A stretch of 63,920 nucleotides of DNA, counting the filler, from Neoconidiobolus thromboides FSU 785 (taxonomy: Eukaryota > Fungi > Entomophthoromycota): the NCBI GenBank assembly GCA_025603075.1. It is 10 parts of 10 records of this genome, joined end to end, with 100 filler letters (N's around TTAATTAATTAA, not from the genome) between each part and the next. Parts side by side here need not be neighbours in the genome. Positions count along the whole stretch, not along the records: positions 1 to 16,478 come from MU626590.1; 9 more parts are not named here. One strand, written 5' to 3'. Below are positions 1-13,153 of the stretch, in pieces (position 1 is the first letter of the stretch; each line of letters begins with the position of its first letter). Position numbers and translations under genes: made by a program. The notes beneath the pieces were generated by a model. The model made no database searches and was not told where the DNA came from. It saw nothing but the letters and a program-made list of their open reading frames with translations.

Positions 1-363
1 CTAATAAATCCGATTTTTAAAATATTGCAGTTTGCTGGTAATATTAATTTTTTACTTTCAGCCAATAGTTTTTTAATGAATATTAGAAATGAAGATTTTC
101 TCATGTAAAAGTATTTATTATTAAAGTGCTAAATCTATATATTATTATATTCATTATCTTAATAATTGCAGTAAGACTTTATCAAACACTAAGCATTATT
201 ATATAAGTAGAATTGAATATAGATTTAATAGTATTTTTAAAGTAAAATAGTAGCATTTAAATCTAATATTTCTAAAGTGTTACTGTTACAATTAATTTGT
301 TTCATTAAATTTACCTCAATTTCTTTTTTTAATTTTAATACTTTTATCATATTTTGTATATTT
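1..363 (+). repeat. Inverted repeat arm at the left end of contig 1
   Basis: 1-363 is the reverse complement of ~16117-16478. It is identical over the first 224 nt, with only about 3 differences overall. Confidence 0.95.
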
Positions 364-853
364 ATTGTATATTTAATATACTCGTATATGATTTATGATG
401 TTTTGATAAAATAATTTCAATTTATAAAATCTCAAGCTATTGTTAATCAGCTTAGTTTGGAATATAAGATAGCTTTAATATTCCGAATTTTTACTAGATC
501 TATTACAAATCCAAAATTTTGTTTGTACTTTTTCCAGTTATTGTTTATGCCTCAATGAACTCTTTGTAAAGTCAAACAAATTTTATTTAATATTTTATCA
601 AATTTTAAATATTTATCTTTATTAGTATTATTATATTATCATTAACTATTATTTGGTAATTAAATGAATAAATTTACTTAACCTTGATAGTTATTTTAAG
701 CGGTATAATTTAGATCATTACTATTATTGTTGTTTTTATCAAAAATTGATACAGATAGTAAAAAACCTTATTTTTAATTAAATCTGATATATTTATAATA
801 CTAACTAGCCTCTTAACTTATTTGATGCCTTTTAAAGCTGCTATGAATAAACC

Positions 854-958
854 AAATGGGGGTGTTTTTTGGTTTCACTACTTTTTCCATCTTTTAAGCA
901 TTATTTGAGTGGAAAAACTGTTAGTAAAATCCTTAAACACAAAAATACATCCTCAAAT
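854..958 (-). mobile_element. MITE family A copy (TSD AAAT/AAAT)
   Basis: Reverse-strand match to the ~105-bp consensus GRGGATGTATTTTTGTGTTTAAGAATTTTACTAAC...GGAAAAAGTAATGAAGCCAAAAAAACATCCCC. AAAT lies on both sides. Confidence 0.85.
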
Positions 959-1465
959 ATTGTTTCAACCGCTCCTTTAGTCCAAAAATTAATATAAAAA
1001 CTAATATCTTATATTTAGCACTATTTGTATATGAAAATTCATAGGACCATCATCTAATCAATTAATAAAAATAGTCGAATTATCATTCACTTTGTAAAGC
1101 ATATATTAAGTCAAAATATTAATTTTACTTTATTTATATATATATAATAATTCAAGAAATTATAGAAATCAGCTTATTATATCTACAGCTATTCATCCCT
1201 GATCACATATGTTTAGCTCTTTCAATCCCTTTCTGCTTTTATCACTTTCCTATGCTATATTTTTTGATAGTATCGCAACTCTCTTTACTCAATTTAAATT
1301 ATTCAAACCTCTTTTCTTTTTAATAGCTCTTTAAATCTTATACTAGAGCTGTGAAGTTTTACACCTAGATCATTTTAAAATAGAATTATTATCTAACCCT
1401 ATCTCTTTCCCTATTATGTGAGAAATTATCTTAAAGATAGAAGTGATTCGGTTTCCATTTTACCT

Positions 1466-1573
1466 ATCTGGGGATGTATTCTTAAGCTTAAGAATTTTAC
1501 TACCAATTTTTCCGCTTAAATAGCGCTTAAAAAATAGAGAAAGTGATGAAGCTAAAAAAAACATCCCCCATCT
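1466..1573 (+). mobile_element. MITE family A copy (TSD ATCT/ATCT)
   Basis: ATCT-GGGGATGT...ACATCCCCC-ATCT; a non-palindromic 4-bp direct duplication. Confidence 0.9.
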
Positions 1574-1774
1574 GATTCTTTTAAGGCTAATTAATTATTG
1601 GTCAGAATTTCTAACTTACCAGATAACTTTCAATAATTATCTTGTTCTCTATTGATTGATTTGAGTCTTAAAGTTTATTTTAGCTAATAAAACACATTAT
1701 GCTTTGGCTTTTCAAAAGAAAAAAAAGTTATTTAGATTCTTCATAATTTTAAATATTTTAGCTAAACAAACAAT

Positions 1775-1882
1775 ATATGGGGATGTATCTTTTGTATTTA
1801 AGAATTTTACTGCCAATTTTTCCGCTTAAATAACGCTTAAAAGGTGAAAAAAGTAATCAAGCCAAAAAAACACCCTTCATAT
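1775..1882 (+). mobile_element. MITE family A copy
   Basis: ATAT-GGGGATGT...CACCCTTC-ATAT. Confidence 0.85.
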
Positions 1883-2554
1883 TAATTAATTAAAATAGTA
1901 AATTTCAATTTTAATTAATGATTAAATTTCCTTTTTACTAAACAAATTTTACTAATATAGTTTATAACTCAGCATTTTGATATTAATATTTTCCGATTTT
2001 AACTTATTTGGAGATAGTAGCTACTATTATTACATATATTATTAATATAAAAAAAGGAACGTTTTGTATTTTCAATATTAGTATTGTTCTTTTATTCTTT
2101 TATTCTTTTATTGATATAATCAAATAATAAAGAACTATTAATATTATTAATATTATTAATATATAAATAAATGATATTCAAGAAATAAAATAAATTAATA
2201 AAGATCAAGGATTTAAATTTACTCAAATGAGTTTTAGACTATTGTTTTAATTTCAATAAATAAGATGCTTACGATAGAAATTACTAAAATATAATTGATT
2301 TAAAAATAAAAGAATGTAAATGTCTTTAATTAGTATTTATAAGCTAATACTTAAATTTAAATTTAAATATATATATTTTAAAAGAAATAAAACATCTAAA
2401 AAGATCAACATTGTTATATGATATTATCCAATCATGTTAATATAAAAAATGATTTGATATAAAATTTGTTATGTATTGACAAATACTATAAATATAATAT
2501 AGAAACATCTTTTTTTTCCTTTCTTAATAAATAAATTAATAGATTCTTTTTAAA

Positions 2555-4288
2555 ATGGTTATCTTAGCACTTCAACGTTGTGATCGATGTAGTAAAGATA
2601 AAAAAGGATGTAGTCGAGAATTAAACGGATGTCAACGATGTCAAAGTAAAAACATACAATGTCATTATACAAGAAAAAATAAAAAATGTAATAAATTTAC
2701 AAAAGGACAAGAATTTATAGAAAAGATACAATTCTTTTCAAATAATGAAACAAATAAGAAGGAAATAAATAAGAATAATAAGAATAATAGAGATATTGGA
2801 TTTATTAATAATAATCAAAATTGGTTACCATTATTTCAAGATTTAGATAGAGATATATTAAAAGTGCCCAATAATACTATTAAATCATTAATTAAAAATT
2901 TTAAATTAAGATCCACTTATAATGTAATATCAACTTTAATGGGAAGTAATTTATTCGATGAAGCAGCTATACATACTAAAATAACGGAAGATATTTATAA
3001 ACAATTTATTACTATATTAACTACTGAAAGTATTAAATTACCAAAGAATTTTCATCAATTTAATGAAGCTAATGAAACTTGGTTAATGGAATTTATACCT
3101 ATAATGGAACAAGCTAAAAGATGTTATTTCAAATATGTTAATAGTAATATACCATTATTTTTAGAATCCACTTTTGAAACTAGAAAAAGAAGTAAATATT
3201 TAATGGCTGCTATTTATGCTTGTGGATTAAAATTTATGAAGTCAAGTAAATTCAGTTTAATATTGAATGATTATTGTCAATTATTGTTATTAAAAAAATT
3301 AAGTCAAATTGATTATCAACCAACATTAGAAACATTACAAATTATTATATTAATTTATCAAGGTTTAAAAAGTACAAGAATTTTATGTGAATTAATTGAA
3401 ATAAGATTTGAATGTTTTGCTCATTTAGCTTATCAATTAGGTTTGCATAATTTCAATTTGAAATATCAAAATTATCAAATTTCATTAGAACGTAAATTAT
3501 GTTATTGTGCTTTAATACATATTTCAGTAATAAGATTAATATCTTATAATTTTCCATCCCCATTTCATTCTTATTTATATGATAATACTATTAATTTAAT
3601 ATCTCATTGTATTAAACTAACCAATAATAGTGATGATATTAAAGCAATGTTGAATGTTGAATCTAATTATCATAAGTCTATGATTTATATTAAGTTTAAT
3701 GAAAGAAATAAGACAATTACAAATGATTATAAAAAAAATGAACAAATAGCCAAAATGTATATCAAAAAATTACAATTTGAATATAAAAAAATTATTATTA
3801 AATATAATAATTTAAAATTTAAAAAAATTATTATTAATAATAATAACGAAGATATATTTTTTATTCAAAATATTAAATTAAGTTATTCTATTTGTTTTTT
3901 ATTAATTTATCGTTATTTGTTATTACAAGCACAAGCTTCTTTTGATACACCATTCTATCCCAATCGTATTAAAACATGTCAAAATAATATAGAATTTATA
4001 GCATCCGAAATATTAAATCATATATTACAAATACCAACTGAAGATATCATGTATTTAAATTATGGTATTATGTGTTTTACATTATCAATAGTTTATTTTC
4101 ATATTGAAAAATATTCTTTAGATACTTATACTTTAATTAAAAAATGTTTGATTTTAATTGAAAAGGGGAGTCAAAATCCAGTATTACAATCATCTTCTCC
4201 ACCTTTAAAAAATATAGTTTATCAAATTATTAATTTAAAGAAAAAAATAAGTACTTTAAATATAGAGCATTTGTTTACAGAGTATTAA
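2555..4288 (+). CDS. Zn(II)2Cys6 fungal transcription factor, intronless
   Basis: 577-aa ORF with CDRC-x6-C-x5-CQRC-x6-C at the N terminus, followed by a helical region like the fungal TF middle-homology domain. Confidence 0.85.
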   Translation: MVILALQRCDRCSKDKKGCSRELNGCQRCQSKNIQCHYTRKNKKCNKFTKGQEFIEKIQFFSNNETNKKEINKNNKNNRDIGFINNNQNWLPLFQDLDRDILKVPNNTIKSLIKNFKLRSTYNVISTLMGSNLFDEAAIHTKITEDIYKQFITILTTESIKLPKNFHQFNEANETWLMEFIPIMEQAKRCYFKYVNSNIPLFLESTFETRKRSKYLMAAIYACGLKFMKSSKFSLILNDYCQLLLLKKLSQIDYQPTLETLQIIILIYQGLKSTRILCELIEIRFECFAHLAYQLGLHNFNLKYQNYQISLERKLCYCALIHISVIRLISYNFPSPFHSYLYDNTINLISHCIKLTNNSDDIKAMLNVESNYHKSMIYIKFNERNKTITNDYKKNEQIAKMYIKKLQFEYKKIIIKYNNLKFKKIIINNNNEDIFFIQNIKLSYSICFLLIYRYLLLQAQASFDTPFYPNRIKTCQNNIEFIASEILNHILQIPTEDIMYLNYGIMCFTLSIVYFHIEKYSLDTYTLIKKCLILIEKGSQNPVLQSSSPPLKNIVYQIINLKKKISTLNIEHLFTEY

Positions 4289-4769
4289 TTATTAGGCTTT
4301 AAATAAACATTATTTGATTTATTACATGAATAATAAAATTATTTAATTAAATATAAATAGAATCTTACTCTTTTAAACTCTCATCTTTTTTATTCAATCA
4401 CTTTTTCTATTATTTTTAATTGATTTTTATATTACTGATATTTGAATTTTAAATTTACTAAAAACTTTTACAGTAATTAATTTAACAAAATAGTTCGAAT
4501 AAAATTTATTGTTAAGAAAAGAAATAAAGAAATAAAATAAAGTTATCATTTTTTAATATAAGATTGTTAATAGAAACTAATTAGTTGAATTTTGAATTTT
4601 ATAAATTTTTATAAATTATTATATTTGTACAAAATAATTCAATACTTAATATGAAATTCAGCCAATAATTCTTCACCATCAAATATCAATTTCGAAATTT
4701 TAATTTTAATTTTAATTTTATCTTTTTATTTCTTTAATATTTGCAACTCAACAATTTGAATAATAAATA

Positions 4770-6944
4770 ATGGATATATTAGTCTATAATGGCCCCGGTA
4801 CCTCACCAGGTTTTGTAATTCAAACAATTAATTATTTAAAACGATTAATGAATGAAAATTATGCTATTCGATCGATTGATGATAAAGCATTGATTAATGA
4901 ACCTTGGCAATTGAATTGCAAATTACTTGTTATTGGAGGTGGAAGAGATATCCCATATTTAGAAAAACTTGAGGGAAAAGGTAACTTAAAGATTCAAAAT
5001 TATGTTTACAATGGTGGAAATTATTGGGGTATTTGTGCAGGTGCTTATTATGCAAGTAAAAGGGTAGAATTTGAATTAGGGACTAATATTCAAGTTATTG
5101 GAAATAGAGAATTACAATTTTTTCCAGGGACATGTCAAGGAACAACGTTTCCTGGATTTCAATATGAATCAGAAATTGGCGCTAAAGCAGTGGATATTAA
5201 ATTTATTAAAGAAGATATAATAACCAAAGTTTATTACAATGGTGGAGGTACTTTTTTAAATGCAACTGAGTTTAAGAATGTAAAAGTATTAGCACAATAT
5301 AATGACATTTTAGACAAAGATAAAAACTCAGCTATTATTTTATGCAATGTTGGTAAAGGTAAAGCTTTATTATCTGCTGTTCATCCCGAATATTTACCAC
5401 TTGAAAAAAATGAAATATCCCAACAAATCAATAATGAAGAATTAAATAAGTTAATGATTAATATATTTAAAGACATTAATTTATTAATAAATAATAATAA
5501 TAATAATAATATGGAAATTGATATTACTCCATTATATATGTTTAATTTTGAGGAACAAATTGAGTTAAAATTAAAATCTAAATTAAACTCAACTAATAAA
5601 TTATTAGAAGATAATAAAGATACATTTGAAATTAATTCAAATCAATTTACAAACAACAAACATCATTTAAAATTAATAATAAATAAAGATATTAATGAAA
5701 TCAATAATCAACTTAATAATAATAATAATAATAATAATAAATTTAATATAATTGAATATTATAAGCATTATAATGAACAGTTTCCAAAAATTATTAAAGA
5801 TAATAAATTATTAGATGAAAATAATAATAAAATACAATTTGGTTATAAAATGATATTTACTCCAGTTATTACATCAACTCAACGTATATTAAATGATAAT
5901 ATCAAGTTTCAATCTTGTTTAGATGATGGTACTTTATGTTTAGCATTAACTCAAATTAGTGGTAAAGGTAAATTCAAATTAAATCAAAATAAATAATTAA
6001 TAGAATATAATAATCATAATATAATTAATATTTCGTATTTAATTAGGAAGAGGTAAAAATGTATGGGTATCACCTTCTGGATGTTTACAATTTTCAATTT
6101 ATTTTCAACATAATAATTCAATTAAATGTTCTGCTATTTTATTACAATATTTATTTGGTATTGCAGTTATTGAAGGCATTAAATCAATTGAAGGTTATAA
6201 AAATTTAGATATTTATTTAAAATGGCCAAATGATATTTATGCTAAAAACAAACTTGGAGAACTCAAAAAAATTGGTGGTATATTAGTCAATTCATCTTAT
6301 TCAAATAAGAATTTTAATATTGTTATTGGTAATTAATTTTATTTATTTATATTATTGTTATTATTATTATTTAGTTATTAATATTTTATTTTATTTTTAT
6401 TTTATTTTATTTTTATTTTATTTTTATTTTATTTTATTTTATTTTTATTTAGGTTGTGGATTAAATGTCAATAACCGTACACCAACATATTGTATTAATT
6501 CATTAATTGAAGATTATAATGAATTAAATAATACTAATTTAAATTTATTAACAATGGAACAGATATTACCTAATATATTGATTCAATTTCAAAAATTATA
6601 TCAATTATTTTTAATATCAAAAAATGGAATGGAACCATTTAAACAATTATATTACAAATATTGGTTACATAGGTAAAATAATCTATTTTATTTATTTATT
6701 ATTATATTAACAATATTTTATTTTATTTTATTTTAGTAATAAAATTATTACATTAAAAGATCAAGATAATATAAAGTGTCAAATAGTTGGGATTACGATG
6801 GATTATGGAGAATTAAAAGTTATATCATTAGATCCAATAACTAATTCTATTAATCCGTTAAATTATCAAACATTTTTATTACAACCAGATGGTAATTCAT
6901 TTGATATAATGAACGGTTTAATATCTAAAAAAATATTAAATTAA
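4770..6944 (+). CDS. BPL1: Biotin--protein ligase (BPL_N + catalytic + C-terminal domains), 4 exons
   Basis: N terminus MDILVYNGPG...GICAGAYY is BPL_N. Splicing out 5968-6046 gives QISGKGRGKNVWVSP (biotin-binding loop). Later exons give KWPNDIY, KIGGILVN, GCGLNV and LQPDGNSFD. The introns are GT-AG. Confidence 0.93.
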
Positions 6945-7030
6945 TATTTAAATAATAATGATAGTTTTATTTTTTGTTTGATATATTTAATTATGTGTTT
7001 TTAAATTTATAAATAATATACTAAAATACA

Positions 7031-7130
7031 ATATAATAATATAATAATATAATAATATAATAATATAATAATATAATAATATAATAATATAATAATATAA
7101 TAATATAATAATATAATAATAATATAATAT
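7031..7130. repeat. Tandem 8-bp repeat (ATAATAAT)n, about 12 units
   Basis: Directly visible; lies between the convergent 3' ends of BPL1 and medA. Confidence 0.85.
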
Positions 7131-7346
7131 AATTTAATAAGAATAAGGATGATACAAAAAGACTGAAAATAGGTAATAATCAAAATGAAAGGGAAGAAAG
7201 ATCAAATAATCAAAAATAGAAAAAAAATTAAATAATCAAAGAGTAATGGTTATACAATAGACGTATTAACAATAGAATAATAATAATAACAATAATAATA
7301 CAAATATCTTATTATTTTTTTTACAATAAAAAGATAATAATACAAA

Positions 7347-9363
7347 TCATTGTAAATAATTAAAATCTTCATTTAAATAATTACTCGTATTTAAATTACT
7401 TGTTGCTGATAATAATAAATCATTATTATTATGATTACTATTTGTATTATTATTATTATTATAATTAAAATTGGCTTCAACAAAATTAAACGAAGTTCCA
7501 GGCTGAGTGTTGTTATTATTATTGGCATTCTATAAATAAAAATAAATTAATAAAAATAACAATAATACAAGGTTAATTAATTTACCATAAAATTATTATT
7601 AAAATGATTATTAAAATTGGTATTATTATTATTATTATTATTATTATTTTGATGATTGTTATTTGAATTATATATTTCATTTTCCATGAAATTATTCACA
7701 TTATTATTCATCATATAACTCATTTGTCCATTATTATTACTATTATTATTATTTACATTATTCAATTGAAACAATGAATTTTCATTTAATTGATTATTAA
7801 ATTCAAATGGGGAATTTGAAGATTGAGTAGTAGAATTCATAGCGAATGGCCCAATCCCAAATTTCATAGCTTGGAATCTTTGAAGGGAATAAGGATCGGC
7901 AAGAGAATGTCTTCTTGGTCCGAAACTTTGATTTTGTTTAATAAAATTATTACTTGCTGATTGCGGTATTAAAAAATCATGATCAAAATTAGTATTAAAT
8001 CGTTGTTGTAAATTGCTATTATTATTATTATTTAAACTATTCATTGTCATAGTAGAATTTATCATATGACTTTGATTATTTAAGTTATTTAAATTATTAT
8101 CATTATTTGATAAAGATTCTAAACTTAATGCTGAAATAGAATTTGTATCTAAATTAGTCATTGGAATAGTAGAATGATTATTATTTCCCATTGTATAATT
8201 AAATGGATTCATTGGTGCTATTGAAGTAATTGTATTCATTGTATTATTATTATTATTATTGTTATTTTCCATAAAAGTATCTTCTTCTTCTTCTTGAATT
8301 CGAAATTGAGAAGATAGTTCATTATTAAATATTGGGTTTTGCATTCTTCCTCCAAGTCCTCGACTTCGATGCATTTGTTTATATGGATGCATAAATTGAG
8401 ACATATCCATCGAATTTATGGGCTGTGAAAATCGACGTTGCATATTTGCACGAGCTAACAAACCATATTTAATTCATTATTATTATTGTATTACTAAATA
8501 ATAACTTACATGGAAAATTATTCATTGGTTGACTTGGATTAAAATTCATTGGGAAATTGGGAGCCGGAGAAGTTAATCCAGAACTTAAATTGGAATAATT
8601 ACTATTGATAGAAGGTGTAATTGGCATAGCAGGAGTATAACCAGCAGCCTAAAATGAAATTAATATTTAAATAATAACATTTAACTTTGATTTTAACTTA
8701 CATATTTTGATATAATTTTTTTAAGTGCAAAAGGTAAAATTTTCCAAGGGAAAACCTTAACATCTTTTTCAATATTCCTTGGCTTAGGATTTGGAAATGA
8801 CATGATCAATTTAAAAAATTCTGAAGTTTCAGGTTTACATTTAGAAATGGTTAATGGTCTAAACCCTTCTAAGTTTCTACGAATTCGATTCTTTTCCTCC
8901 ACTGTAAACCGAACTGCTATTAAAGTTTCTAATAATAATATGCAATCTACCGAAGTGACTAAATATTGTTCTTTTTCTTCCCAATAAATACATGATATTA
9001 TACATGTATTAGGTTCTTTTTGACTAGGTGAAATTGGTTTGAAACTACAATAAATCGTATTGTTTTCATGATGACGCCAAAATTCAACTAAACGTCGTCG
9101 ACTGTTCTTTTCAGTTTCAGACCTATAGAGTTTATTTAATTAATTTATTTTTATAAATAACTTTAATTATTAAACACTTACCAATTTAAAATAACATCTT
9201 CTAAATTACCTTCAAATTGTAAATCAGCCTTATTTAAAATAGCTGGAAAATTGTTATTATTTTGATTATTATTGTTATTATTATTATTTAATAACTTTGG
9301 ATGATTCATTATAAAATTGGAATTGTCTTTAGTAGTGGATAAAGAAAGGGGATGAGATGTCAT
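7347..9363 (-). CDS. medA: MedA/Acon-3/REN1 (Medusa)-family developmental regulator, 5 exons
   Basis: The spliced product contains WSETEKNSRRRLVEFW...CIISCIYW...VTSVDCILLLE...EEKNRIRRNLEGFRP...FFKLIMSFPNPKPRNIEKDVKVFPW..ALKKIISKY, the conserved MedA core. The C terminus is N/M/S-rich and low complexity. Confidence 0.85.
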
Positions 9364-11686
9364 TTATAAAAAATTAAATCTTTTTTTATATAAAATTTAT
9401 AAAAAAAAACTAGTTTAACTACTTTGAAAAAAATTAGTATTTTTATTTATATTTATAATGATTCAGGTGGTTTATGCACTTGAATTCTATTACTTAAATC
9501 AACTAAAAACTAGTTCCACCAATAGAGAAAAGGTAATTAATAAATAAGAGGATTTTATATGCTTTAAGAAAATTTATGCCATTAACCAAATTACGTGAAG
9601 TTTTTGCCTTAATAAAAAATTTAACTACAAATCTCAATAAAAACATTATGATTAAAAACTTATCACTTAATTCTCAATCTGATATAATATTATCTACTAT
9701 TATAATACAATATAAGTCCTCCATTATACTGTGTAACTATGCTAATAGTCGAATAAACATATCATTTTGTTAATAAACTAATTGTTGATGCTTATTCTTT
9801 ATCATTATTTTTGATTTACCCCACATTTAAGCAGTAGGATAAAAGAGATTATCAACCCATTGTGATATATGTTAAGATTAAAACTTTCTTAAAAAAGAAA
9901 GTTAACATCAATGATCAACCAATCATAAGATTAATTGAATTGGAACCTTTTTTAATATTTACATTGAAATCGCTACTTAAAATATCAAAAAAATAAAGGT
10001 TATTAAGGGTTTAAAGTTAACCCTGAGTAGAAAATAAGCTATTTTCAATAATGCCATATTTTTTTAATATCCTATTTTGCCTTATTTATTGAGCTTTTGT
10101 CCCTTTAAAAGACTTCTACCTTTTAATTTTTACTTTGGTTTTATTTTCCCCTGAATTGATATTGTCTTTATGCTTTTTTTTCTTTTTTTTATAACGTTTT
10201 ATTCTTTTATACAATTTAAATATTTTCCGCCATCAATAATTTTGTATTATTTGAATATACCACTATTCTATTTTATTCATTTTATAAAATAATAATATGT
10301 ATAATGATAATGATAACGATAATGATAAACTTTCTATTTAAGTTTTACATATCAACAGTGTTTAATATTAATATATTAAATAATCTCCTCATTGAAATTT
10401 ATTTTAACCTTAATTCAAACCATATTAAAATTGGAATTTCAATATTATAACCCCAATTTGAGAAAAACTGAAAAATGAATCTATAAATTAACTTAAGCTT
10501 TTGAGTTTAAAAATTTGGCAGCTTTAAAACTTTAATTTACTAATAATATTTGCTTACTAATACAAATTGTACTATTTATTAATCTATTTTTATTAATAAT
10601 AAAGTTAACTACAGTTTCCATAATATTAATGTATTAAAATAATAATAAATAGTTAAGTAATGATAAGATAAGCCTTTCATTTAGTTAGGTTTGAGACATT
10701 TATATAATCACAATCTTTGGATTTAGAAGCTATGATTTTTTGAATTTTATAGCTATTGCTATTATATCTCTATTGTAACTCAATTAATTGTTCATTTAGT
10801 AATGAATTTTGTTAAAATTGATGTAATAACTAAAGACCAGATGTCGAAATAATCAACTAAACTAACAGCTAACTCTAAAAATTATGATCAGTTATGCCGC
10901 AATAGAGCTTTAATAGAGTATTAAAAGCTATTGAAATTTTATAATTGGATTTAGGCTTATTTTTTAACAGCATTCATTCAATTTTAATTGAAATTTTAAG
11001 AACTTTCAATTAATTAACTATGGTCCATTGAAAAGTTGAATCCATTAATTTAAAACATAAGATTATTTTACTTCTATTGAGGCTTATTTTATAACACAAT
11101 AGACTTATTCTGTAGAATAGAAGATTTATTAATTAATATTATGTTTCTAGTTTAATAAAATTTAATATAATGTAACCCAGCTATTAAGAATGAAGTCAAC
11201 TGAAGTTGTCAATTTTAAAATATCGCTATTTAAAAAAATTGTCAGGATCGAAATTTTGACTAAAAGTTGGACTACTAAACCAAATTTTATTTTTAAAGAT
11301 CAGCCCTATTTCATTCCACCCTGATAGTTAAGTGCAACAATTGCATTATTTTTTATTTTGTTTAATCCTTGGCAATAAAAAAAAGAAAGATGCCAGTATT
11401 AAGGGAGATTTATTTTTGTACTTTTTTAGAGATAAGTTTCCGCTTAATGAAAGGGTCTGATCTTGCCCATATAAAGTTTTTTTATCAAATATCATTAAAC
11501 AAACTGATTTTTAGCTGATTTTAAGCACATTTTTAAATTAACCAATGAAATAAAATTATATTGAAAAATGATTGATTATTAATAAATTTACGGCGTTTCA
11601 ATTAATCATTTGAAAATTACTAATTAATTGCAGTTTATCATTTTTTTAAGCTTTATTCTTTTTAGTTTCTATTTATTCTTTATAAA

Positions 11687-12782
11687 ATGAAATTTATTTA
11701 TCCAACTTTAAGTGTATTATTTACTTCGTTGATTGCAGGTACTTTGATAGATTAGTTTCTTTAGATTTAATTTCTAATTTTTAAATATTTAGCTTCGCCA
11801 TTCACTGATAAAAGTAAAACTTCTGTTAAACTTTCCAGTGACCCAAGCAATGTCAATAACTTCATTGTTAATGTTAAACGTATTGATGAAATCTCTAATA
11901 AAAATGGAGAGGTTTTAGCTGAACGTTTATACTCTGTTAACCTTAACTTTGAAGTTGAAGATGATATGGTAATTCACTTTTTAATTTTTGATTTATTAAT
12001 AATTACCAACTTTATAAATTAGCTTTTACTTAATGGCAAAAAAGCAGCGCCATTAGGAGAAAGTGTCATTACTACAATTAATGCCACCTATGTGCAAGCA
12101 GGACTTTCAGACTGGCAAACTAAAATTGTAACATCTCAATTTGATGAAGGAATATTAAGTATTTCATTAGCTTCAAGTGTGGAAGATTTTGCCATCATTG
12201 ATGAAACAAAGATGTCCAGTTCACCAATATTAGGTCGTCATATTACTATTAAAGAAAAGATATTAGAACTAAATGGTAAACAAATTCAACAAGAAGAATT
12301 TGTAGAACATGTTTTAGACCTTTATCAAGATGGTACTTTAGTTCGTCAAATTTCAGATACCCTTTCTTCAAAGGATACTAAGAGAGGTGGACATCATCAT
12401 GGTAAAATATATAATAACTGTTTTTTAACATGTTTTAAATTATTTTATAGGACATCATCATAAACATAGTAAACCCCAATCGATGAAATATAGATATAAT
12501 GGAATTGATTTATTAGAATTACTTACATATATCTGTTATGGAGCACTTGGTGGATTATTAGTTTCTATGTTAATTTATGTACCAGTGTTTGGTTATATTT
12601 ATTATCGTCGTAATTATACCCAGGAATATGAACAAGTAGCTAATGAAGACCTTCCAGTTTATTCTGAAAAACCAGAATTTGATTTACCAAAATATATTCC
12701 AGTCGTAACTGAAGATAAAGAAGAAAAGATTACTGTCTATGAAGCTTTAGCTGAAAGTGATGATGAGGAAGAATCTAAATAA
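11687..12782 (+). CDS. Predicted type I membrane protein of unknown function, 4 exons
   Basis: Signal peptide MKFIYPTLSVLFTSLIAA. Three GT-AG introns join track ORFs 12092 and 12483 in frame. A His-rich segment is followed by one TM helix and a tail with LPVY and LPKY. Confidence 0.75.
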
Positions 12783-12891
12783 AGTTTATGCTCGATTTCA
12801 TTAAAAGATATTAGAGATTCGTTTTTTTATTTTTAGTTGTAAAACAAACACTATGAATTCAAAGTAAATCAAAAATAAACTGGATTGTAAT

Positions 12892-12992
12892 ATATGGGGA
12901 TGTGTTTTTTTAAGAATTTTACTAACAATCTTTCCACTCAGATAGCGTTTAAAAAATGGAAAAGTAATGAAATCAAAAAAACATCCCCATAT
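12892..12992 (+). mobile_element. MITE family A copy
   Basis: ATAT-GGGGATGT...ACATCCCC-ATAT. Confidence 0.9.
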
Positions 12993-13047
12993 ATTAATAA
13001 AATTAATAGATTTTAAAACATGTTATATAATATTTATTTGTGATGGT

Positions 13048-13153
13048 ATATGAGGATGTATTTCTGTATTTAAAAATTTTACTAACAGCTTTTCCACTCA
13101 AATAATGCTTAAGAGATGGAAAAAGTGATGAAGTCAAAAAAACATCCCCATAT
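13048..13153 (+). mobile_element. MITE family A copy
   Basis: ATAT-GAGGATGT...ACATCCCC-ATAT. Confidence 0.9.

Noticed and set aside
8802-8987. Short ORFs opposite or inside real genes (8802, 29428, 33403, 33981, 40150, 41476, 43070, 46156, 48713, 25243)
   Set aside because: Antisense or intron-spanning frames of supported genes in AT-rich sequence
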